In this document: positions 17,804-26,700 of the stretch, piece after piece
How the letters are laid out: each line of letters opens with the position of its first letter
Numbering within the stretch: position 1 is the stretch's first letter
Origin: Parcubacteria bacterium GBS-2
GTDB taxonomy: Bacteria; Patescibacteriota; Minisyncoccia; Minisyncoccales; GBS-2
Reading direction: 5' to 3'
Length of the DNA: 64,000 nt
Assembly: GCA_001443025.1 (NCBI GenBank)
Contig: LEKP01000001.1
Coordinates: forward strand, 97,889 to 161,888
Notes under the pieces: generated by a model
Databases searched by the model: none
Seen by the model: the letters and a program-made list of their open reading frames with translations, nothing else
What the model was told of the DNA's origin: nothing
Translations under genes and position numbers: made by a program

Positions 17804-20317
17804 ATGAAAGAAATAAACCTTCAGCTAATTCTTATTTTTTGTTTTATCCATGTTTTTATTTTCAATTCTTTTGTTTTAGCTGAAACTCAAGAATACGTTG
17901 AGGGAGAAATAATTGTAAAGTTTAAAAAAAACGAAATAGGCCTAAATGATTTTGAAAATCAATTTTCGTTACAAACAAAAGAAACTCTAAATTGGCTAAA
18001 TGTAGTAGTTTTTAAAATTTTAGATCAAAAATCCATTGAAGAAAAAATAGAAGAAATTAAAAAGAATCCTGAAAATAACGCTGAAAATATTATAGAGTAT
18101 GTCGAACCGAATTATTTAAGATATCCTTTAGAAATTAATACCGATGATCCTCATAAAAACCTTCTCTGGGCGTTGGAAAATTTTGGTCAAGGGGTTAATG
18201 GAATTTCAGGAACTGAAGATGCAGACATTGATTTTTCTGAAGCGAGGGAAATGTTAGAAAATATTGAGAACGAAGTAATTGTCGCGATTATTGATACTGG
18301 AGTTGCTTACAATCACCCAGATCTTGATGAAAAAATGTGGAGAGTAAATAATTGGATAGACGAAGAAGGAAATCAAAAAAGTGGAGATGAAATTACTGGA
18401 TTTGATTTTAAAGATAAAGATAATTCTCCTTTAGATAGTGTTGGTCACGGGACGCATTTGGCAGGAGTTATTGGGGCAATTAAAGGGAATAGAAAAGGAA
18501 TCTTAGGAGTAGCGCCTAATGTGAAAATGATGGCTTTGAGAGTAGGAGATGAAAGTGGTTTTTCTGTTGTGGATATAGTGCGAGCAATTTTCTTTGCAAA
18601 AAACAACGGAGCCAAAATTATTAACGCAAGTTTTGGAGGAAAAGGAGAAAGTCAATTAGAAAAAGAAGCAATTTACTATTTCAAAGAGGCTGGCGGACTT
18701 TTTATTACTTCAGCTGGGAACGATGGAATTGATATTGATCAAAGTCCAATTTATCCTTGTGCTTATGAATTGGAAAACATTATTTGCGTAACAGCCACTA
18801 ATCAAAATGATCAATTGGCTAGGTTCTCAAATTATGGAAAAAATTCTGTTGATATTGGGGCACCTGGAGTAAATATTTATAGTGTTTTTCCTTCTTTTTT
18901 GGAAGTTTTTTTTGAAAATTTTGAAAATACTGATTTTTTTGAAAAATTTAATGCCACCGGAGTAGTTGTTACTTCCACAACCAGGGAAAATGAAAATACT
19001 TTAGCATTAAAAACCGATGTAAAAGAAAATGAACCTTGCTTTAATTTTCAATTAAAAAATCCTCTAATTTTTGATAATCTTGAGGAGATTGAAGGGGTTT
19101 ATTTTAATTTTTTGACTAAATTTGAGACAAATTCAAGTTCGACGTATTTAAAATTGAGTTTCAGTCAAAACGAAGAAAATTTTACTGAAATTTTAAAAAT
19201 TTCAAGAGACGATTTGGATAATGAAGAATGGAAGAAAATCAAAATAAAAATTCCTCCTGATTTTTGGGAAGATCTATTTAATTTCAGATTCGAGGGATGT
19301 GTCCAGAATGGCGATATTATTTGGATTGATGATATTAAAATTTTTATTGTAGACGATGGTTCTAATGAAAATTATGAATTTTTAGATGGAACGTCAATTT
19401 CTGCTTCTTTTGTTTCGGGTTTGGCAAGTTTAATTTGGGGAATAAAACCAGAATTAACCTTTTCTGAAGTAAAAGAAATTATTTTAAACACTGGAGATTC
19501 TTTGACTTTTTTGGAAAATAAAACTGCTACTGGGAAAAGAATTAATTTGTTCAGAGCATTAGACAAAATTGAGCCTCCAATTATCGACAACTTCATTGTT
19601 TTTTTCGATATCTCAAACCCTTCTAAAATTTCAGTTCTTAGTTTCGATGCCTATGACAATTCAGGAAATTGTTGGTATTTAGTCAGCGAGGATCCTAATC
19701 CTCCTTCTTTCGATGATCCTCGATGGCTATTTGATCAATTTCCGACCCCAATTGAATATGATCTTCAACGAGAGGGGATTAAAACTCTTTATGGATGGGT
19801 AAAAGATGGAGCTGGAAATTTTGTGAGTACGAGTAGTTCAATTTTAATCGACTGGACTCCCCCTCCTTATCCATTAACACTTTTGAATTTACCTCCAAAA
19901 AACACAAAATCAACTTCCGCAAAAATAATGATTGGAGGAGAGGATGTGGCATTTTATAAATACAAATTAGACAATGGAGATTGGAGTGAAGAATTACCTG
20001 TAACCATTCCAATAGAATTTAGCGAATTATCTTTAGGTTATCACACGCTCTATGTTTTAGGAAGAGATGCGATTGGGAATTGGCAGACAGCTCCAACCAG
20101 TTATACTTGGAGAATATATCGAGAAAGAATGATTTTTCCTTCAATTCCAATAAAAAACGGGGATTTTAACGGCGATGGAAAGGTTGATAAATACGATTTA
20201 GGTTTGATGATGGCTAATTGGGAAAGGAAAGGTGCTAACCCTTACGATTTAAATGGTGATGCCAAAGTCGACAAATATGATTTTGCTTTATTGATGCTAT
20301 ACTGGACTCTAGAATAA
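17804..20317 (+). CDS. secreted subtilisin-like (S8) serine protease with C-terminal type-I dockerin
   Basis: Signal peptide MKEINLQLILIFCFIHVFIFNSFVLA and an I9-like propeptide. Triad contexts IIDTGV, HGTHLAGVIGA, GTSISASFVSGLASL. The C-terminus has two EF-hand-like dockerin segments, DFNGDGKVDKYD and DLNGDAKVDKYD. Confidence 0.85.
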   Translation: MKEINLQLILIFCFIHVFIFNSFVLAETQEYVEGEIIVKFKKNEIGLNDFENQFSLQTKETLNWLNVVVFKILDQKSIEEKIEEIKKNPENNAENIIEYVEPNYLRYPLEINTDDPHKNLLWALENFGQGVNGISGTEDADIDFSEAREMLENIENEVIVAIIDTGVAYNHPDLDEKMWRVNNWIDEEGNQKSGDEITGFDFKDKDNSPLDSVGHGTHLAGVIGAIKGNRKGILGVAPNVKMMALRVGDESGFSVVDIVRAIFFAKNNGAKIINASFGGKGESQLEKEAIYYFKEAGGLFITSAGNDGIDIDQSPIYPCAYELENIICVTATNQNDQLARFSNYGKNSVDIGAPGVNIYSVFPSFLEVFFENFENTDFFEKFNATGVVVTSTTRENENTLALKTDVKENEPCFNFQLKNPLIFDNLEEIEGVYFNFLTKFETNSSSTYLKLSFSQNEENFTEILKISRDDLDNEEWKKIKIKIPPDFWEDLFNFRFEGCVQNGDIIWIDDIKIFIVDDGSNENYEFLDGTSISASFVSGLASLIWGIKPELTFSEVKEIILNTGDSLTFLENKTATGKRINLFRALDKIEPPIIDNFIVFFDISNPSKISVLSFDAYDNSGNCWYLVSEDPNPPSFDDPRWLFDQFPTPIEYDLQREGIKTLYGWVKDGAGNFVSTSSSILIDWTPPPYPLTLLNLPPKNTKSTSAKIMIGGEDVAFYKYKLDNGDWSEELPVTIPIEFSELSLGYHTLYVLGRDAIGNWQTAPTSYTWRIYRERMIFPSIPIKNGDFNGDGKVDKYDLGLMMANWERKGANPYDLNGDAKVDKYDFALLMLYWTLE

Positions 20318-20318
20318 A

Positions 20319-21224
20319 ATGAGGATGGAATTTAAAAATTTAAAAGTAATATTAATTTTAATTTCTAGTTTTTGGTTTGTTGATTTAGTCAATGCAGAAA
20401 ACCCCCTACTTTATGTTTTACCATCTAATTTAAACAAATTAGTGAACGAACCTTTCGAAATAGAAGTAAGAATAGATCCAAATGAAAGAAAAATTTGTGC
20501 AGTTGAGGGAAAAATTGTCTTTGAAAAAATTTTTTGCCAAAAAATTACTTTAGGAAAAAATATCATTGCGCAAACTTCTCCTTCTTGCGAAAACCCTTAT
20601 TTTCTTTTGGGAATCCCAGGATGTACTACTAATGATACTCTATTATTCACTGTAACCCTAAAAGGAGAAGCATTAGGTTTGGGAATTTTGAATTTTACCG
20701 AAGTCGACATTATAGGAGAGGGAAAATCAATTTCTTCAAATTTTGCTGGTGGAAATTATACTTTGGTTTCTCCTTGTTCTTGTGGAGAATGGAGTGATTG
20801 GCGAAATAAAAACTGCGGAGAAGGAACTTGCTCTTCAACTCAACGCCTTCAAATTCGTACCAGAACTTGTACACCGTCTGGATGCGACATTGAAACCCAG
20901 TATAAATGTATAGAAGATTCAAGTTGTATTCCAAGGTATCCAGCTGAAGAAGAAAAAATTGAAGAGGAAACACCAGTAGAGCAAACAACAGGAACTGAAT
21001 TAGAACAAGCTACTGAAAATGAAAAAGTTGAAAAACCAGAAAAAGGAACTTTTCAAAAAATTATTTTGCCCGAAATACCTCAGCAAAGTTTATTAGCTAC
21101 TTTGGCCATGGCTTGGAAGGAATTTACTAAATCTCCTTTGTTAATGACCCTAACCATTCTATCCTTGGTAAGTTTAGTTATAATCGGAATGAAAGAATGG
21201 CAATTACGAAGAAAAAAGAAATAA
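20319..21224 (+). CDS. membrane-anchored cohesin-like protein with TSP1-like Cys-rich module
   Basis: Signal peptide. Cohesin-like beta segment VNEPFEIEVRIDPNERKICAVEGKIVFEK..LFTVTLKGEALG. CGEWSDWRNKNCGEGTCSSTQRLQIRTRTCTPSGC fits the WSxW..C..RxRxC pattern. Acidic linker and a C-terminal TM helix followed by RRKKK. Confidence 0.55.
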   Translation: MRMEFKNLKVILILISSFWFVDLVNAENPLLYVLPSNLNKLVNEPFEIEVRIDPNERKICAVEGKIVFEKIFCQKITLGKNIIAQTSPSCENPYFLLGIPGCTTNDTLLFTVTLKGEALGLGILNFTEVDIIGEGKSISSNFAGGNYTLVSPCSCGEWSDWRNKNCGEGTCSSTQRLQIRTRTCTPSGCDIETQYKCIEDSSCIPRYPAEEEKIEEETPVEQTTGTELEQATENEKVEKPEKGTFQKIILPEIPQQSLLATLAMAWKEFTKSPLLMTLTILSLVSLVIIGMKEWQLRRKKK

Positions 21225-21271
21225 AAATAAGTGGGTGATCGAGCAAATACGTTTAAATACTTAACCAAAAC

Positions 21272-21294
21272 GCCCAGTGCTGGGCAATTTTTTT
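21272..21294 (+). terminator. rho-independent terminator
   Basis: GCCCA-GTGC-TGGGC followed by AATTTTTTT. Shares a ~30-bp module with the terminator at 23717. Confidence 0.65.
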
Positions 21295-21380
21295 ATTTCT
21301 TTAAGCTTTTCAGAAAAATAGATATCATAAAAATAGAAAGGCTGAAAGAAACATAAAGCTGTGAGCCTTTAAACTATTTC

Positions 21381-23099
21381 ATGAAAGAAAAAAATCAAAA
21401 ACAAAAAGCTTTTATCCAAATTCCAATATTGATAGCGGTTATTGTATCTTTTGCAGTAATCTCAATAGGAGGTTATGGCGGATTTGAATATTTTAAAACC
21501 TCCAAAATCATAAAAGAGGCCGAGCAGTTAGCAAGAGAAGAAAAATACGAAGAGGCAATTGAAAAATTAGAAATTGCTCAAAACAGATTACTCGGTAAGA
21601 TAATGCTTAAACAAACAATAAACACTAAGTTAGACGAAAACAAAAAACTCCTTACAGATAAAACAAAATATGATGAAGGAGTTAATAAACTTAACGAAGG
21701 CGACTTACAGGGTTCTATAGATTTATTATCAGAGCTTCCCGAAAACTCTTTTTATTATCAAAAAGCTCAAACTAAGATAGAAGAAGCAAAGAGAAAAATA
21801 CTAGAAGAAAAACTCTCAGAAGAGCAAATAGCGAGAAAAAAGGCGGAGGAAAAAGCAAAACAAGAAGAATTTGAAAAGAAATTAAAAGAACAACAATTAA
21901 TAAGCAAAGAGGTAGAAGAAAGAATGATGAACGCTGACAACGATGGCGACGGCTTAACTTATAGAGAAGAATTAAAATTAGGAACTTCTGATTGGAATAA
22001 AGATTCTGATTTTGATGGAATTCCAGATAATTTGGATCTACATCCAGCTGGTGGTGGAAGATATCAAGCTCAGACATTTGCTTGGAGTTATGGCGGCTAT
22101 AACTGGACTTGGACGGCTAATATTCATGAAGATTGGTATGAATATTATAAAGCTAAACCCCGATCTCCTCCTCTTAGTTTAGAATATATTACCTCTAACG
22201 ATCCCTTTATAAAAGAAGTAGCTAAAAAGATTTCCGAAGCCGCTATTAAAAATAATCTGAGTAAAAGTGCTTTAGTTGTAGCCTTTGTTCAAAGTCTATC
22301 TTATTTAGACGATGTATATACTGGTTATGATGAATATCCCAAATATCCCGTTGAAACTTTTTTTGAGAAAAATGGTGATTGTGAAGATATGAGTTATTTA
22401 GCAGCTTCTATTCTTAACGCCATGAATATAGATAGTGTTCTTGTTATCTTACCAGACCATATGGCAGTAGGAATTTGGTTTGATTGTGAAATGCCAGGGA
22501 CATATTATAAAGTTGGTGATAGATGTTATTACTATACAGAAACTACAGGAGAGGGATGGTTTTCAGGAGAAATACCTGACAAATATAAATATACAACTGC
22601 AACTTTAATAAAAATTCCCTCTGGAGAAAAAATAACTGTTTCACCCCAATATAAAAAACCTTGTTATGCTGTCAAAGATTTTCCAGGATATTATTCTGAT
22701 GGAAAAAACTTTTATTCTGATAGTCAATGTAATTATCTAGCTTATTGTGTACCCTACAAAGAGTTTTATGTTAATCCTCAAACATTAGACTTTTATTGGG
22801 ATAGTAGCTGTTCTCAATTAGTGGTAAAAGGTTGTTCTAAATCCACTTATTATCCAGGGTATTTCTTTGATGGTATTGATTATTATTATGACTCTCGATG
22901 TATCCAAAAAGCAAGAATATGTAGACCCTCTTCAATTTATTACGACAGATATTGGGATGGTTACGATCATTATTGGGATAGTAGTTGTACCCAAAGAGTA
23001 GTCCCAGGATGTTCCAAATCTATTTATCGTCCAGGATATTTCTTTGATGGTTGGAATTATTATTATGATTACCAATGCACCCAAAAAGTCTCATTTTAG
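21381..23099 (+). CDS. membrane-anchored transglutaminase-like (Cys-protease-fold) protein with TSP3-like Ca-binding repeats and C-terminal Cys/Tyr-rich repeats
   Basis: N-terminal TM helix, coiled-coil region, NADNDGDGLTYREE..DSDFDGIPDNLD. Cys/His core GDCEDMSYLAASIL..PDHMAVGIW. The C-terminus carries ~3 repeats of YWDSSC(S/T)Q.VV.GCSKS.Y.PGYFFDG..YYYD..C.QK. Confidence 0.55.
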   Translation: MKEKNQKQKAFIQIPILIAVIVSFAVISIGGYGGFEYFKTSKIIKEAEQLAREEKYEEAIEKLEIAQNRLLGKIMLKQTINTKLDENKKLLTDKTKYDEGVNKLNEGDLQGSIDLLSELPENSFYYQKAQTKIEEAKRKILEEKLSEEQIARKKAEEKAKQEEFEKKLKEQQLISKEVEERMMNADNDGDGLTYREELKLGTSDWNKDSDFDGIPDNLDLHPAGGGRYQAQTFAWSYGGYNWTWTANIHEDWYEYYKAKPRSPPLSLEYITSNDPFIKEVAKKISEAAIKNNLSKSALVVAFVQSLSYLDDVYTGYDEYPKYPVETFFEKNGDCEDMSYLAASILNAMNIDSVLVILPDHMAVGIWFDCEMPGTYYKVGDRCYYYTETTGEGWFSGEIPDKYKYTTATLIKIPSGEKITVSPQYKKPCYAVKDFPGYYSDGKNFYSDSQCNYLAYCVPYKEFYVNPQTLDFYWDSSCSQLVVKGCSKSTYYPGYFFDGIDYYYDSRCIQKARICRPSSIYYDRYWDGYDHYWDSSCTQRVVPGCSKSIYRPGYFFDGWNYYYDYQCTQKVSF

Positions 23100-23321
23100 T
23101 ATTTTCCCCAAAACTTTGTGCGACAATAAAGTAATATTTTTCAAAATCAAAGCGAAGGGAAAGAGTGTCTAAATCCAAATTTTGTATAGGATTACCTATA
23201 AATAACTTTTAAAACTTTCCGAGTTTACCACCCCCTCCTTTTGATAAATAGCTAGTAGAGGAAGGGAATATATCCGAAATGTCAAGCAGGCGTTAATAAT
23301 CACCGAAATTATTTTATATTG

Positions 23322-23361
23322 AATTCATCAACCAAGTTCTAAAATCATCCATCAAGCGGAG
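23322..23361. repeat. 40-bp direct repeat, copy 2
   Basis: AATTCATCAACCAAGTTCTAAAATCATCCATCAAGCGGAG; lies immediately upstream of the consensus promoter at 23368. Confidence 0.9.
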
Positions 23362-23367
23362 CAAAAT

Positions 23368-23396
23368 TTGACATGATATTTTGATAAAAATATAAT
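23368..23396 (+). promoter_or_regulatory. consensus sigma-70 promoter TTGACA-N17-TATAAT
   Basis: TTGACA at 23368-23373 and TATAAT at 23391-23396. ATG 23404 lies 7 nt downstream. Confidence 0.7.
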
Positions 23397-23403
23397 AAAA
23401 GTG

Positions 23404-23679
23404 ATGAATAAAGATTTCAGTGAGTTAATCGAATATTTAGATCAAAAATTCACAAAATTAAGTGAAGAGATAGCTCAACTTCGAGGAGAGGTAGGTGATA
23501 TTAAAGAGAGAATGGCAACAAAAGTAGAAATTGACAAACTTCTCGATGCAATAGATGCTTATATGAAACAAGGCGAAAATTATCGTCAGGAAATGGTGAT
23601 GTTAGCTCACAAAGTTGATAGGCATGAGAAATGGATAAAACAGATTGCTGAAAAGCTTGGAATAAAATTGGAATATTAA
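23404..23679 (+). CDS. small coiled-coil hypothetical protein (91 aa)
   Basis: Heptad-rich MNKDFSELIEYLDQKFTKLSEEIAQLRGEVGDIKERM..; has its own promoter and terminator. GTG 23401 is an alternative start. Confidence 0.6.
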   Translation: MNKDFSELIEYLDQKFTKLSEEIAQLRGEVGDIKERMATKVEIDKLLDAIDAYMKQGENYRQEMVMLAHKVDRHEKWIKQIAEKLGIKLEY

Positions 23680-23716
23680 TTTAAAAAATTTTTTTACTTT
23701 CTTATTAACCCAAAAC

Positions 23717-23740
23717 GCCCATCACTGGGCAATTTTTTTT
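23717..23740 (+). terminator. rho-independent terminator
   Basis: GCCCA-TCAC-TGGGC followed by AATTTTTTTT. Confidence 0.65.
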
Positions 23741-23775
23741 GGATAAAATGTTTAATTCATTTAAAATAAAAAAAC

Positions 23776-26700
23776 ATGGAGTTAAAACTTGTCTATAAAA
23801 ACCTTTGTCCAAATTGTGGGGGAAATATTAGCTCAGAAAGGCTGAGTAAGGGTTTGCCTTGTGAAAATTGTTTGCCAAATGAAAAAGGAAAATTAAAATT
23901 TGGTCCTTTATTGGAAGTTGAAGAAAGAAACAAAAGAATAGAAGAAATTGAAGAGCTTTTCAAAAAAGTAGTGAAAGCTAAAATGTGGGCTTTACAAAAG
24001 TTTTGGGTAAGAAGATTTTTAAAAGGTGAAAGCTTTACTTTGATTGCTCCGACAGGTTCTGGAAAAACGACAATCCAAATAATTTTGTGTTTGTTTTCAG
24101 CAAAATTTTTGAAAAAGAGATGCTTGATAATTTTACCAACCAGCATTTTAGTAAGCGAAGTGTCAAAAAGAATGAAAGATTTTTCAGAAAAATTAAACTT
24201 CAATCTCACAATTTCAAGTTATCACTCTTTACTTTCTCAAAAAGAAAAGAAAGAAGAAATTTCAAAGATTGATTTTGCAGACATTATTGTGACTACTCAC
24301 TTGAGCATAATGAAAAAAGAAGAAATAGCAAGGCAAAGCGTTGATGTTGTTTTTGTCGACGATGTAGATAGTTTTTTGAGAAAGAGCAAGGCAATAAGGT
24401 TTGTCTTGAGAATGATGAAGTTACCAGAAAAAATAAAAAAGATTGTCACAGGTGTTTTTGAAAAAAAGATTAATTTGAAAGATGCAATTTCTGAGATTTC
24501 AAACACAAAAGAAAAAATTACAGCCCAACTCATTGTTAGTGGAGCGACTCAAAAGGCAAAAAGGACAAGGGCAATTTCGATTTTAAATTCAATATTTGGA
24601 TTTTCGATTGGTTTAAAATCTGAGTTTGGAAGGAACATTTTAGATTGCTTTGTTGAGACAAAAGATATTAAAAAAGAGCTTTTAAATTTGGTTAAGATTT
24701 TGGGAGCTGGAGGTTTAATTTTTGTCCCAATGGATAAAAAATCTGAGTTTGCTGAAGAATTGGAGAAATTTTTGATAGAAAATGGAATAAAAGTTAAGGC
24801 ATTTTTAAAACCAGATAAAAAAACCTTTGAAGATTTCAAAAGCGGAAATTTGGATGCTTTAATTGGAATGGTGACAACGAGAAGCCCTCTAGTTAGGGGA
24901 ATTGATTTGCCTGCAAGAATTAGATATGCGATTTTTGGTGGAGTTCCAAAATTTGTAGTGAGAATAAAAATAGAAGAATTCCATCCTACAAAATGGCTAA
25001 TGCTTTTGAACAATCTTCAGCAGGCAATAAAGGAAGAGTATAAAAAAGAATACCAACTCCTTGTTGCAAATTTAATAAAAATAAAAACCTTGAATACAGA
25101 ACAACTGGAAGCAGTCAGAAAAGCTCTTGCTGAAAATAAAAATTTGGAAGGGTTTTTAGAATTTGTAAGGAAAGTTGCCTTAAGTGGATTGGAATTTTTC
25201 AAAAAAATTTTGAAAGATGAAGATATTTTAAAAGCAATAAGAGAATCCCCGACAATAAGCTTTAGCGAAAGAGAAGGGGAGTATTCGTTTTTGATTCCAG
25301 ATTCGATAGCTTACATTCAAGCCTCAGGAAGAACGAGTAGATTGTACATTGGAGGTGTAACAAAAGGATTGAGCGTTGTGATAATAGATGAAAAAAAAGC
25401 ATTCAATTCTTTGAAAAAGGATTTAAGTTATTTTGAAGATATTGAGTGGAAAAATTTGAAAGAAATCGATTTGAAAAAAGTTATTGAAGAGATTGATGAA
25501 GATAGAAAGAAGGTTTTGCTCTCTCTTGAAGATAAGTTGAGAGTGGAAGAAACAAAAATAGCTTTGAAGACAAGGTTATTCATCGTAGAATCACCAACTA
25601 AAGTGAAAACTATTGCGAGATTTTTTGGAAAGCCGGCAAAGAAAAGATACGAAGGTTTAATCGTTAATGAAGTTTTTGGGGCAAATTCCCTATTAATAAT
25701 CACTTCGAGTAAAGGACATATTACTGATTTGAGCGAAGAGGAAGGATTTTTTGGGGTTGAGGTAAAAGAAACCTTCATTCCCTACAATGAGCCAATAAGA
25801 AAGTGCGCAGTTTGTGGGAAAGAAATTGAAGAGAATGAAAAAGAGTGTGCTTGTGGAAGTAAAAAATTTACTGATTCAAAACCAAGAATTGAGGTTTTAA
25901 GAGAGATTGCATCTTTAGTGGATGAAGTGATCATTGGTACTGATCCTGATAGTGAAGGAGAAAGAATTGCTTTTGACTTGTGTTTGCTTTTGAAGCCATT
26001 CAACAAAAACATAAAAAGAGCAAGGTTTCACGAAGTCACAAAGAAAGAAATCCATCGGGTTTTGGAAAATTTGGAAGATTTTGATTTGAATTTGGTCAAG
26101 GCTCAATTGGTAAGAAGAATAGAAGATAGATGGATTGGATTTAGTATTTCTCCTGTACTTTGGATGGTTTTTAAAAACAAAAGGCTTTCTGCAGGAAGGG
26201 TTCAAACTCCAGTTTTGGGATGGGTTGTTGAGAGAACAAAAAAACTTAAAGAAAAAGAAGAGTTAATAAGTTTGAAATTAGAAAATGGCCTTCAATTACA
26301 ATTTAGGGCCAAAAAAGGAACTTATCAAAAAATTTCCAAAGAGGGATTTGTTGAGATAAAAAAAGTAAAGACCTTTAAAGAAGAAATAAGTCCTCTTCCT
26401 CCATTTACCACAGACACTTTTATTTCTGCTTTAACTTCCCTTTTGAAAATCGATGCTGGAGAAGCAATGCAAATTGCTCAAAAATTATTTGAAAGCGGAC
26501 TAATTACTTATCATAGAACTCCAAGCACTACTGTTAGTTCAGCAGGGATTAGTATTGCCAAAGAGTACATTTTTTCGAATTTTGGAGAAGAGTTGTTTAA
26601 AGCAAGAAAATGGGAAACAGAAGGAGCCCACGAATGTATAAGACCAACAAAAGCAATCGATTCTCAAAAGTTGAGAAATTTAATTGGATTGAAAATTTTG

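Noticed and set aside
17093-23400. Classical tRNA-integrated prophage or genomic island
   Set aside because: There are no integrase, excisionase or phage genes. The 40-bp direct repeat does not overlap the tRNA 3' end. It is kept only as an open 'cassette or operator' question in the findings.
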